DNA of 45,426 nt. It comes from Promethearchaeota archaeon. GTDB taxonomy: Archaea > Asgardarchaeota > Lokiarchaeia > Sigyniarchaeales > SOKP01. The stretch spans positions 1-45,426 of the forward strand of contig JAHLWH010000232.1 of assembly GCA_019058015.1 (NCBI GenBank), read 5' to 3'. The notes beneath the pieces were generated by a model. It had not been told where the DNA came from and made no database searches. It was given only the letters and a program-made list of their open reading frames with translations. The position numbers were made by a program, and so were the translations under genes. Positions 27,809-37,936 of this stretch are shown here, one piece after another; the stretch's first letter is position 1; each line of letters begins with the position of its first letter.

Positions 27809-30346
27809 ATGAACATCAAGTTATCATTAGATAAAGAATGGCAAATGCAGTCTTCTGAAAAGGTGTCCAAACATGGTGAAACGATTTCAACAATTGATTT
27901 CGACCCAGAAGATTGGTATAAAGTTGAAATTCCGACAACTATAATAAACGGTCTTCTGCAGAATAAAAAAATCGAGGACCCTTATTATGGACTTAATCTT
28001 AAATCATTAGCGGGATACAAAAAAGAAGTAACAACTCAAAACTTCGAAAGTCATTATAAACCAGATGATAGTCCTTATAGAAGCTCTTGGTGGTTCAGGA
28101 AAGAATTCAAATTAGATAATTCCTTTGATAGTAATAAGCAATTTTGGTTGTTTTTCGAGGGTATAAATTATTCTGCAAATATTTGGCTAAATGGACACCG
28201 GATTTCGGGTACTGATTATGTTATTGGATCATATAGACAATTTGATTTTAATATAACTCATTTAACAAAGCAAGAATCAATAAATGTACTTGCTTTAGAA
28301 ATTTTTTCACCAAATCCAGACGATCTAAACATAAGTTTCGTTGACTGGTGTCCTCTCCCACCTGATGACGATATGGGTATTTGGCAACCTGTGACTCTTT
28401 ATTCTACTGGCCCTGTTGCTATAAAAAATCCTTTTGTGAGGAACAAACTAAACATTGAAACATTAACCGAAGCAGAATTAATAATAAGCGCAGAATTACA
28501 GAATAATCAAAAAGAAGAAATTAAAGCAACCTTACAAGGAAAAGTAGAAGAAATTAATTTTAGTAAAGAAATTATTTTGGATCCAAATGAAAAGAAAATA
28601 GTTGAGTTTCCTTATATAAGAATAAATAACCCTCGTGTATGGTGGCCATATCAGTTAGGTTTACCTGAGTTGTATAAGCTGAATCTTCAAGTTAAAGTTA
28701 AAGATGAGGTTTCTGATTCTGCTGAAATCACATTTGGAATAAGAGACATAAAATCTACTATAAATGATCACGGATCACGTGTATTTACTATAAATGGTCA
28801 TGATATTCTTATATATGGTGCTGCTTGGACTCCAGATATGATGTTACGTCAATCTAAAGAACAAGATGCAATTGATATTGCGTTTGTTAAAAATCTCAAT
28901 TTGAACACTGTTAGATTTGAGGGCAAACTCGCAACAGATCATTTCTGGAATTTATGCGATAAAGAAGGAATTCTTATTCTAGCAGGTTGGTGTTGTTGTT
29001 CATTTTGGGAGAAATGGAAGTATTGGAAAAAAGGTGATATTAGAATTGCAGAAGAATCATTACGGTCTCAGATTCTTAGATTACGAAATCATCCGAGTTT
29101 TATTGCGTGGCTTTATGGAAGTGATTTTCCACCGCCAGGATCAGTTGAGAGAGTTTATCTCAAGGTGTTAAAAGAAACATACAATGGTCTTCCTGCAATA
29201 TCAAATGCGTCTAGTCGTCCTTCTGATTTAATGGGTGAAACTGGAGTAAAAATGACTGGTCCTTATACATATGTTCCCCCAATCTATTGGTACTCACAAG
29301 AAAGAGCAGGTGCCGCTAGCGGCTTCAATACAGAAACGGGACCCGATGTATGTATCCCCCCTTTTGAGAGTTTACAACTGATGTTACCTGAAGGTCATAG
29401 GCATGTTGGAAGCGATGTTTGGAATTATCATACAGGGCTCGGTGATTTTAACAATACGAAAATAATTGAAGAAGCAATCGAAAAACGATATGGTAAAACA
29501 AAGGATTTAGAAGATTTTGCAAATACAGCTCAAGTATTGGCTTATGAATGTTGGAGGGCAATGTACGAAGCTCATACAAGAAATTTTCCTAAAGCGACTG
29601 GAGTTATTGGCTGGATGCTGTGCAGTGCTTGGCCAAGCCTTATTTGGCAATTGTACGATTATTATCTTAATCCTAATGGGGCATTCTTTGGGACTAAGAA
29701 GGCATGTGAGCCACTTCATATCCAATACTCCTACGATGACGCCTCGGTAATTATAATCAATAAGACTCTTCAGAAAAAGCAGAATCTTACTGCTACTATT
29801 AAGGTTCTCAATATGGATCTTGAGGAAAAATACCTTCATTCAATAACAAATATATTGATTGATAGATACTCTAAAAAGGAACTTTTAACAATCCCAAAAA
29901 TCAATGGCCTCTCTAAAGTGTATTTTTTAATTCTTACTCTTGAAGAGGAATCAACTATTATTAGTCGGAACTTTTACTGGCTTTCATTAAAAAATGATAT
30001 TTTCAAAAAAAAGGATGAATGGTTTTACACACCATTAAAAGAACATGCAGATATGAGTGCTTTACGACATCTTACAAAAGCCGAAATAAAAAAATCTTTT
30101 AACATAAATGAAAATGAGGATCAATATGAGATCTCTATAGACCTTGAAAATACTTCTAATACGATTGCTTTCTTTCTTAGAATTTTCCTAATCGGTGAAA
30201 AAACTGAAAAAATTATTACTCCTGTGTATTTAAATGATAATTACATAAGTCTTTTACCATCAGAAAGAAGGAAAATTACTGGTTATATTCCTAAGAAAAG
30301 TGTAACTGAAAATTTGATCATTAAAGTTAAAGGTTGGAATTGTTAA
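27809..30346 (+). CDS. GH2 exo-beta-D-glucosaminidase (CsxA-like)
   Basis: FEGINYSANIWLNG, GWCCCSFWE, RLRNHPS, YGSD, GVKMTGPYTYVPPIYWY and FNTETG fit the CsxA subfamily; no signal peptide seen. Confidence 0.8.
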   Translation: MNIKLSLDKEWQMQSSEKVSKHGETISTIDFDPEDWYKVEIPTTIINGLLQNKKIEDPYYGLNLKSLAGYKKEVTTQNFESHYKPDDSPYRSSWWFRKEFKLDNSFDSNKQFWLFFEGINYSANIWLNGHRISGTDYVIGSYRQFDFNITHLTKQESINVLALEIFSPNPDDLNISFVDWCPLPPDDDMGIWQPVTLYSTGPVAIKNPFVRNKLNIETLTEAELIISAELQNNQKEEIKATLQGKVEEINFSKEIILDPNEKKIVEFPYIRINNPRVWWPYQLGLPELYKLNLQVKVKDEVSDSAEITFGIRDIKSTINDHGSRVFTINGHDILIYGAAWTPDMMLRQSKEQDAIDIAFVKNLNLNTVRFEGKLATDHFWNLCDKEGILILAGWCCCSFWEKWKYWKKGDIRIAEESLRSQILRLRNHPSFIAWLYGSDFPPPGSVERVYLKVLKETYNGLPAISNASSRPSDLMGETGVKMTGPYTYVPPIYWYSQERAGAASGFNTETGPDVCIPPFESLQLMLPEGHRHVGSDVWNYHTGLGDFNNTKIIEEAIEKRYGKTKDLEDFANTAQVLAYECWRAMYEAHTRNFPKATGVIGWMLCSAWPSLIWQLYDYYLNPNGAFFGTKKACEPLHIQYSYDDASVIIINKTLQKKQNLTATIKVLNMDLEEKYLHSITNILIDRYSKKELLTIPKINGLSKVYFLILTLEEESTIISRNFYWLSLKNDIFKKKDEWFYTPLKEHADMSALRHLTKAEIKKSFNINENEDQYEISIDLENTSNTIAFFLRIFLIGEKTEKIITPVYLNDNYISLLPSERRKITGYIPKKSVTENLIIKVKGWNC

Positions 30347-30361
30347 AGTTAGATTATTATA

Positions 30362-31171
30362 TTAACTAAGATCCCACTGTCGATAAAGACTTGGTACACT
30401 AGCTAATAAATTCTTGGTGTATGGATTGGTAGGATTAAGGAAAACATCTTTCGTTGGACCTTTCTCAACTACAAGCCCTTTTTGCATAACTAATACTCGA
30501 TCAGAGATGTATTGAGCTTGTCCTATATCATGGGTAATAAAAATCACTGATAATCCTTCTTTTTTTCTTATCATTTCAAGGAGATTCAAAATACTTGCAC
30601 GTGAGGAGGCATCAATCATACTCGTTGGTTCATCGGCAATCAATAAATTAGGTTTGATAAGTAAAATCCTTGCCAGGAGAAAACGTTGTAACTGTCCTCC
30701 ACTGATTTGATATGGATATCGACCTAAAACTTCTTTTGCATTGATTCCTATTTCTTTAAATACGTTCTCAATAAGATTCTTTTTATCACTCTTGGAAATC
30801 TTACCGTAACGGAAATCAATTGCTTGATTTAAAACGCGATCAACTTTATAAAAATAATTGAAGGAGCTATATGGATCCTGAAAGATAATCTGGACAAGTT
30901 TATAATAATCTTGTAATCTAATTGTATTAATATCTTTACCATTAAAATATATAAGACCGCTAGTTGGCTGAATTAATCGTAAAATCATATTCGCTACCGT
31001 TGTTTTACCACTACCACTCTCCCCCACCAAAGACAAAATCTCTCCTTTATTTATTTTGAAAGATATATCTTTCGCACCAACTACTTTAGTTGGCCTTATT
31101 AATCCTGAAGTATATATCTTGGTTAGTTTATCAACTTCTAAAAGTTCTTTATTTTCTATCATAAATAACAC
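30362..31171 (-). CDS. Opp/Dpp-family ABC transporter ATP-binding subunit (OppF-like)
   Basis: GESGSGKT, FQDPYSS, ISGGQLQR, ADEPTSMIDAS, FITHD; start may be ATG at 31162. Confidence 0.93.
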   Translation of the reverse strand: MLFMIENKELLEVDKLTKIYTSGLIRPTKVVGAKDISFKINKGEILSLVGESGSGKTTVANMILRLIQPTSGLIYFNGKDINTIRLQDYYKLVQIIFQDPYSSFNYFYKVDRVLNQAIDFRYGKISKSDKKNLIENVFKEIGINAKEVLGRYPYQISGGQLQRFLLARILLIKPNLLIADEPTSMIDASSRASILNLLEMIRKKEGLSVIFITHDIGQAQYISDRVLVMQKGLVVEKGPTKDVFLNPTNPYTKNLLASVPSLYRQWDLS

Positions 31172-32185
31172 CTATTTATAAAGCCAGCACCTAACTGGAT
31201 GTTCTTTATTTATTGGTTCAAAAAATGGAGGATGTTCGGTCTTGCAGATGGGCATACATTCTGGGCAACGTGGGTGAAATCGACAACCAGATGGAGGGAA
31301 CCTCAGATCAGGAGGTTGTCCCGGGATACTCCCCAAATCACTTTCTGGGGAACCATCAGGGTTGAATGATACAATAGAAGAAATTAATCCTTTGGTATAG
31401 GGGTGAAGAGGTGAGTTAATAATATCTTCCATGGTACCATCTTCCGCAATCCTTCCTGCATACATGATAATACACCTATCGCATATTTGGCGAAGAGTAG
31501 GGATATCATGGGAAATGAATATAATTGTTCCGATTATCCCCACGTTTTTTAAATTTAAAAGCATTTTTATAAGAAGTTTTTGAGTGGTAACATCTAAAGC
31601 ACTCGTTGGTTCATCGACTATTAGGAGATTTGGATTCCATAAGGTAGATATCGCTATAATTGTCCGTTGTTTCATTCCTCCACTGAGTTCATGTGGATAA
31701 CGCTCAAGAACTGTTTTATCCAGTCCTAGGGTTTCAAAATGGTTAATTACAAATTTGAGAACCTTTGTCTTATCGGGTTTTACACCAGTACGTTCTGTCA
31801 TCACATCTAATATGAAATTTTTTATCTTTTTAACCGGATTCAACGAGTTCATTGATGCTTGTGGTACATATGCTAGAATTTTGCAGCAAACATCTTTCCT
31901 TAAAGTCTCTTCGTCTATTTCACATATATTACTATCTTCGATCATAATTGTTCCTCCTTCGTAATGTAACACGGGTACATAGGTGCCTGAAATGAGCTCC
32001 GCTAACGTAGTTTTACCACAACCCGATTCTCCAGAAATACCAACTATTTCTCCCCTATTGATCTTAAATGAGACTCCATCAACAGCAAAAACGACACCAA
32101 AAGTACCTTTGTAGTATCCCTTAAGATCATCAATTGCGAGTACAACATTTGACGTTTGTGATGGACTTTTTTTAAGGTTCTTCAT
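31172..32185 (-). CDS. Opp/Dpp-family ABC transporter ATP-binding subunit (OppD-like, C-terminal Cys motif)
   Basis: GESGCGKT, YPHELSGGMKQR, DEPTSALD, HPYT, GCRFHPRCPECMPIC. Confidence 0.95.
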   Translation of the reverse strand: MKNLKKSPSQTSNVVLAIDDLKGYYKGTFGVVFAVDGVSFKINRGEIVGISGESGCGKTTLAELISGTYVPVLHYEGGTIMIEDSNICEIDEETLRKDVCCKILAYVPQASMNSLNPVKKIKNFILDVMTERTGVKPDKTKVLKFVINHFETLGLDKTVLERYPHELSGGMKQRTIIAISTLWNPNLLIVDEPTSALDVTTQKLLIKMLLNLKNVGIIGTIIFISHDIPTLRQICDRCIIMYAGRIAEDGTMEDIINSPLHPYTKGLISSIVSFNPDGSPESDLGSIPGQPPDLRFPPSGCRFHPRCPECMPICKTEHPPFFEPINKEHPVRCWLYK

Positions 32186-32234
32186 ATCATATATTTACCT
32201 TTTTATAAGTTTGTCAAAGATATAAATCAAAAGA

Positions 32235-33128
32235 TTACTTTTTACGCAATCTTGGATTGAAGAGTTCAACCATACTAGAGTGCATTGAATAGAATAAAAT
32301 GATGAACATAGACAATACAATACCTGGAGGTGCCCAGAGGTGTATGTATCCATTTATCACATGGGAATCCTGAACACTATCATACAACATCTTCCCTAGA
32401 GTGATATCAGTGGTTTGCCCTAGACCTATCAGTGAAATACCTGCCTCAAGCCCAATCCCGATGCTCATCATGATGGCAAACACCAACATAATATAAGAAA
32501 TCATGTTGGGTAAGACTTCCAAAATTGCGATCTTTATACCGCTTACACCAGTGATTTTCGAGACATTAACAAAGGCTCGCTCTTTTAAGCTAAGGACTTG
32601 AGCCCTGATGCTTCGCGCGGCCCAAGGCCAGCTGAAAAGGACTATAAATATCGCTACGACAAACATCGAACGTTGCTGCACCATACTCGCCAATAGTATA
32701 AGAAAGGGGATTTGGGGGAACACCAGAAAGATATTAGTAATTAATCCGAATGCTTCATCGAGGATTCCACCTTTAAAGGTGCCAACTGCGCCTATTAATG
32801 TCGCGATTAATGTACAAAAGATGGCAACAAAAAAGCCCAGAACAAACGAGTTTCTTGCACCATGCATAAGGACCACCAAATTGTCACGACCCTTTTGATC
32901 TGTTCCAAGTGGAAATCTAAGAGATGGTTCCCCATAAATACGGGGGAGTAATTTTAATTCACCACCTAGCAGTCTCTCTTCTAAATAGATTTTATCTGGA
33001 TCAGGATAGATCACTGCAGCAATAAAAATTATCATCAGTAAAGATATAAATAAACCAATTGAGATCACTTCTCGGGAATGGAATTTAATTAATCCCTGAA
33101 ATCGATTAAATAATTTTTTTACATTCAT
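32235..33128 (-). CDS. Opp/Dpp-family ABC permease (OppC-like)
   Basis: FPLGTDQKGRD, WPWAARSIRAQVLSLKERAFV, FNPRLR. Confidence 0.93.
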   Translation of the reverse strand: MNVKKLFNRFQGLIKFHSREVISIGLFISLLMIIFIAAVIYPDPDKIYLEERLLGGELKLLPRIYGEPSLRFPLGTDQKGRDNLVVLMHGARNSFVLGFFVAIFCTLIATLIGAVGTFKGGILDEAFGLITNIFLVFPQIPFLILLASMVQQRSMFVVAIFIVLFSWPWAARSIRAQVLSLKERAFVNVSKITGVSGIKIAILEVLPNMISYIMLVFAIMMSIGIGLEAGISLIGLGQTTDITLGKMLYDSVQDSHVINGYIHLWAPPGIVLSMFIILFYSMHSSMVELFNPRLRKK

Positions 33129-33130
33129 CT

Positions 33131-34195
33131 TTAGACCTCATGACCAGTTCTTATTCGGGGATCTATAAAGCCATAGGTAATATCGATCAAAAAATTCCCG
33201 AATACTACTATTATGATGGTGATAATAAAGGTCCCGATAATTAAGGGGTAATCTCGACCGGTAGCAGCATAAAAGAAAATATCCCCTAGTCCGGGCCATA
33301 AAAAAACATATTCAATGATCATAGTAGCACCGATCAAAGCATTAAAACGCAAATTCAAGCCAGTCAATTGGGGTAAAATAGCGTTGCGTTGTGCATATTG
33401 GCGTCTTTTGTTCTTACTGAAACCTAATTTTTTGGAGTACCACATATAATCTTGATCTAATTCATGAATAGTCATAGAGCGCATTCCAGTTGCCCAACCC
33501 CCAGCATCCGTCAAGAGTAAGGTGAGAAAGGGGAGAATATAATGGCTAACCAATCTAATTAACGTTGCAGGGTCGAACGAAGGAGCTGGTGGATAAGTAT
33601 AAGAAACTAGTCCAAGTTGATGGACAAAAATTTCCATGATTATTAAAGCCAACCAATAAAAGGGAGCTGCCATCAGAAAAATAAACAAATAATAGACAAG
33701 GGTATTCTTTTTACTTTTATGAAATCCAAGACGCCCTCCGACAAGATTGCCGAAAAAGAACGAAATTAACAGAGCGGGGATCACCAAAACCATTGTATAC
33801 GGAATGAACGGAATTACATAATCTCTTACACGCATAGGGTAATGGGAGTAAGTTGGACCAAAATCTAAACGAAGAAAATTAATCCAAAAATTTATATATT
33901 GTTCTAAGGGTGGTAAATCAAGCCCTAAATAGGAGCGAAGATCCTCTACTTTTCTTAGAAATGCAGCACGTTGAGCTTCAGTTAGACCAGGTGGTTCTAT
34001 AAACAATTGTCTCAGGGGGTCTCCAGGAATAAGTCGTGGAATAAGGTAAGCAAAAGAAACAGCAACGAAAAAGACAACAAAATAGAATACACCTTTTTTT
34101 AGGACGAATTTAAGATATGCATTGCTGGTGATTTTTCGAATCACTTTAATAATAGTGTTTTCTTCTTCAGGTTTTTCTTTAATCTCTACTAACAC
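33131..34195 (-). CDS. Opp/Dpp-family ABC permease (OppB-like)
   Basis: PRLIPGDP, GWATGMRS, RNAILPQ, EYVFLWPGLG, DYPLI, IDPRIR. Confidence 0.93.
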   Translation of the reverse strand: MLVEIKEKPEEENTIIKVIRKITSNAYLKFVLKKGVFYFVVFFVAVSFAYLIPRLIPGDPLRQLFIEPPGLTEAQRAAFLRKVEDLRSYLGLDLPPLEQYINFWINFLRLDFGPTYSHYPMRVRDYVIPFIPYTMVLVIPALLISFFFGNLVGGRLGFHKSKKNTLVYYLFIFLMAAPFYWLALIIMEIFVHQLGLVSYTYPPAPSFDPATLIRLVSHYILPFLTLLLTDAGGWATGMRSMTIHELDQDYMWYSKKLGFSKNKRRQYAQRNAILPQLTGLNLRFNALIGATMIIEYVFLWPGLGDIFFYAATGRDYPLIIGTFIITIIIVVFGNFLIDITYGFIDPRIRTGHEV

Positions 34196-34454
34196 TTCGG
34201 GTTCTATACTTATTGTTTTAATTTATTCTATATGTTTTATTCTATACGTTTTATAAATATTGATTAATCTATATTTAATCTTTTTTAATTATTAAAATAT
34301 CAGAATTTTTATTGTATTTTGAATAAGTTATTTTCGATAAAAAATTTTAATAAAACATTAAAAAGTTAATTAAAAATAACCCAATAAAATATATTGCTAT
34401 TAAATTTAAAAAAAAAAAAAATTATTTTTTGGAAATATATTATATATTAGTTTC

Positions 34455-36413
34455 TCAGTTTTTCTCGCGTTTTTTCAACCTTCTTCCTGTTACCAAGACT
34501 ACAATTATAACGCCTATAATCGAAGAAAAGATTAATCCATTCCACGGAATAATTGGTGTTTCTGGTTCTCCTGCAGGATACAGATTAAGTAATAGTCTTA
34601 CCTTTACTGCGGCTTCATTCATTATATAGGTTGTGCAAATTTGGTTATAGGCATTCTCTTCGCTAAGCCAGCCTTCCCAGTATTCCGTACTATAGGCATA
34701 CCAGATGCCATTAACATGTGTCGGGATTTGGGGTATTTCTGTTGCATATAAATATTGCATCCTTGAAGCTGCTGCTTTCTGCTCTGCTGAACCAGGTTTT
34801 TGAGTTTCATAATCTTCGTATAGAGAGTTGAACTCCGGATTATACCAATTACAAACGTTGCTGTACCAGAAATGTGTACCTCTCCTGGTACTAAAGACAC
34901 GTAATGGTATATCTTTGATGGGTGCTCCGCAACAATCCATAGCCAGTTCGTAATCATTTATTTCAAGGGTGCCCAACGTAAATTCAGGCCAGAAATTAAT
35001 CTCTTTCTTTGTACAAGTGATGTTGATAGCAGTGAAGTACGTACACCACTGTTCTGTCGCTTTTATAACATCTGTCCAACCAATTGGGACAACGATCTCC
35101 CAGCCACCGAGCTTAATATTCATACCATCGTGAATAAGATCGTCATCTGCGGCTCCTGGCATACCTTGATATTCCACAGGAATATCATTGGTCCACCATT
35201 CACCATTAGCGTCTTGATAACAATAATCATCTAGGATATCAACAGCCTTCGAGACATTATAATCAATGCCGTATGTTTCCTGAATTGTTGCATTATATAC
35301 AGTTAAATGAGTTGCACTCCTATCATCAATGAGACCTTGTCGAGCCCTAGCCCAATAGCCACAGGCAGCAACGTAAGCTATGGTATCATAATCTAAAGTG
35401 TATGCCAAGGCTTTACGGAGCCATACTTCATTTAATGGATATATCAAATGGTTGAAAGCGATATCAATTGTTCCACTAAGACTTGCGAAGTAAGGCGCTT
35501 TCTTGCCAAACCAAGTACCAATGTTTGGGTTTTCACCTATTGCTATCCAGATTTGATTATAGAAACCAGCATATAGATCAGTTTCACCCGTTAAAAAGGA
35601 GGTGTCTTGGGCAACATTACTTGGGAATTGTCTTAAACCAATATATCTAACTTTAGGTATGCCACCTGTATCAGGAAGGTCTGTGTGTATTTTACCCTTA
35701 CCCCACCAATCATCTCTTAGTACATAGAGTTCTTCATCGAAGGTTGCAGAACGTGAGTGGGGCACATAAGGACCTGAACTGACTTTCCAACTTGCGTTGA
35801 AAGTTGTATTAAACCAATCGTTCAAGAATAATTTTTCTAAATCGTCATTTGGTGCATTAACTTCTACAACAATGTGTTTCCAGACGTGTTCAGGTACAAT
35901 GAATACATCAGTTATCAGCCATAGTTCAACAACAGCACTAAATGGATAGTCACTATCTAGTGTAATTTTGACCTGAGTAGCAGATACTTTTTCAACTTTA
36001 GTTATCCGTTCCTGCATATCAGCTGAGAATTTTAATTGTTTAGAGGCTAACTGATAGCTGAAAACAACATCATCGGCGTCTATAGTTTCACCATCACTCC
36101 ATTTTGCATCAGATCTAAGGTTAATAGTAACCGAAAGCCCATTAGCAGCCCATGTGTAATCAGTTCCGAGAACGGGTATTAGCTCATCGGCCAAGTAATT
36201 CATACCAAATAGGGTCTCATACATGAAAGTTATACCATATGCGGCGGAAGTAGTATATGGATTAAAATCTATTGCTTCAGTTTGATACCCTAGACCCCAT
36301 ACAGTATTTGACCTCGTCGGATCTTGAGCAACAACTGTTTTTACTGAACTTGTCATTATTACAGCAAAAGGCAAAAGCATTATTATTAAAAATAAACTTC
36401 TCCTATTTTTCAT
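34455..36413 (-). CDS. family-5 ABC solute-binding protein, probably oligosaccharide-binding, with N-terminal signal peptide and C-terminal membrane anchor
   Basis: MKNRR + hydrophobic signal; YETLF, KWSDGETIDADDVVFS, IVPEHVW, SGPY, GWTD; C-terminal transmembrane segment + basic tail; glycoside-enzyme neighbours. Confidence 0.9.
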   Translation of the reverse strand: MKNRRSLFLIIMLLPFAVIMTSSVKTVVAQDPTRSNTVWGLGYQTEAIDFNPYTTSAAYGITFMYETLFGMNYLADELIPVLGTDYTWAANGLSVTINLRSDAKWSDGETIDADDVVFSYQLASKQLKFSADMQERITKVEKVSATQVKITLDSDYPFSAVVELWLITDVFIVPEHVWKHIVVEVNAPNDDLEKLFLNDWFNTTFNASWKVSSGPYVPHSRSATFDEELYVLRDDWWGKGKIHTDLPDTGGIPKVRYIGLRQFPSNVAQDTSFLTGETDLYAGFYNQIWIAIGENPNIGTWFGKKAPYFASLSGTIDIAFNHLIYPLNEVWLRKALAYTLDYDTIAYVAACGYWARARQGLIDDRSATHLTVYNATIQETYGIDYNVSKAVDILDDYCYQDANGEWWTNDIPVEYQGMPGAADDDLIHDGMNIKLGGWEIVVPIGWTDVIKATEQWCTYFTAINITCTKKEINFWPEFTLGTLEINDYELAMDCCGAPIKDIPLRVFSTRRGTHFWYSNVCNWYNPEFNSLYEDYETQKPGSAEQKAAASRMQYLYATEIPQIPTHVNGIWYAYSTEYWEGWLSEENAYNQICTTYIMNEAAVKVRLLLNLYPAGEPETPIIPWNGLIFSSIIGVIIVVLVTGRRLKKREKN

Positions 36414-36681
36414 TTATTTTCTACTCTTTTGTTTTATTATTTATTTTTTATTTTTTTATTTTTTTTGACAAATTTTAATAAGTACATTTATTGTTTTTTT
36501 ATATAAATATTTCTATAATTCTTCAAATCATTGTTCAAAAAATTAAAAATAATTTTTAATTTTTTAAATAGTTTTTAAATGGTTATTATATAAAGATTTT
36601 AGAGAGAAAATAAATTTAAATTTTTGAATAAATAAAGATCTTATAGGGAGAGAGAAATTAAAAAAATAAAGAGAATTAGAT

Positions 36682-37736
36682 TTGGTACTCGAATTCGAAG
36701 TTAATGAATATCTTACACTTAAATTAGAAGAAGATAAAACCGTTATTTATGTAAACGGAGAACGATTTCAACAATGTAAAATCTTAATTTTAGATATTCC
36801 AATTGAAGAAATAACTTCTTTTAAAAGAATTAGTTCAATAGATGAAGCTGTTGAGAGAATAAATCGTTCATTAGAATATAAGAAAATTAATCGTAAAGAT
36901 ATACCTCCCGAAATTGTATTTTGGGGACATTGTAGTAATTTACAAGTGTGGGCGGAGCATCGTTATGACACACGATTAATACCTAGCAGTTTAGCATTTC
37001 CTTTATTGAAAAAATTAACAGATTTTGGAGATCCTATCGCAACACGAGTTTTTAAAAAAGAAATTGAGAAACGTCTTGAAAGTGGTTTCTCGAATGTTGT
37101 TAATTATTTAATTAAAGAAAAATATGTTGATTATTTAGATCGAGAGGAAATCTTAAATGTTGAGAGTTTGAAAAAGGTAAATATCACCTTGATTCTAATT
37201 TTCATTAACATTTTCATTTACATTTTTTTAAATTTATCTTTACCTAAGGATTATATTTATTTTTTTCTAATTAATCAAAATATTATTGATAAACTTGAAA
37301 TTTGGAGAGTCTTTACCTCAATGTTTATTCATGCAAACCTTATGCACTTATTCATAAATATGATATTTTTAATGTTATTTGGGGCAATAATAGAGACAAA
37401 AAAAAAACTTCTAAATATAAATATTTATTTATATATTTTCTCTCAGGATTAATTGGTAACTTATCTTTTTTAACCTTATTGCCAGCAAATGTATTTGGTA
37501 CAGGATCTTCTGGTTCAATATTTGGTCTATTTGGGGCTTCTATTATTTTAGTAATATCAAAGAAACGATACTCCTCACTTTTTCTACTTTCACTCTTACT
37601 TTTTACATCTTTATATCTATCTTTAGCTCCTACCATTGTTTTTTGGCCTCATCTATTTGGATTATTTGGAGGATTTCTTTGTGGTTATTTATTCTTTATT
37701 TACAAAAATAACAATTTGTTATATCTTTCGGGATAA
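36682..37736 (+). pseudogene. frameshifted fusion of a Lokiarchaeia-type N-terminal domain and a rhomboid intramembrane protease (break at A10 run 37398-37407)
   Basis: ORF 36682-37452 carries FWGHCSNLQVW..DTRL..LAFPLLKKL and the rhomboid WR..MFIH..HLFINM; the -1 frame continues YFLSGLIGN, GSSG (Ser) and WPHLFG (His); may be an intact gene with a sequencing error or slippage. Confidence 0.75.
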
Positions 37737-37936
37737 TTATTACTTTTTCTATTTCATTGATATTTCTTATATTAAGATAATAAGCATTTTTAAACAAGAA
37801 AAAAAATTAAAAAATAAATAAAATCATTAAACTATATTTCCAGATTATTCCTTTTACCCAATTAAATCAACAAAATTACTTGCAAAGTCGCCAGATTCAT
37901 CGATTTTTCAAACTTGTTTTAAAATTTTTATCATTG

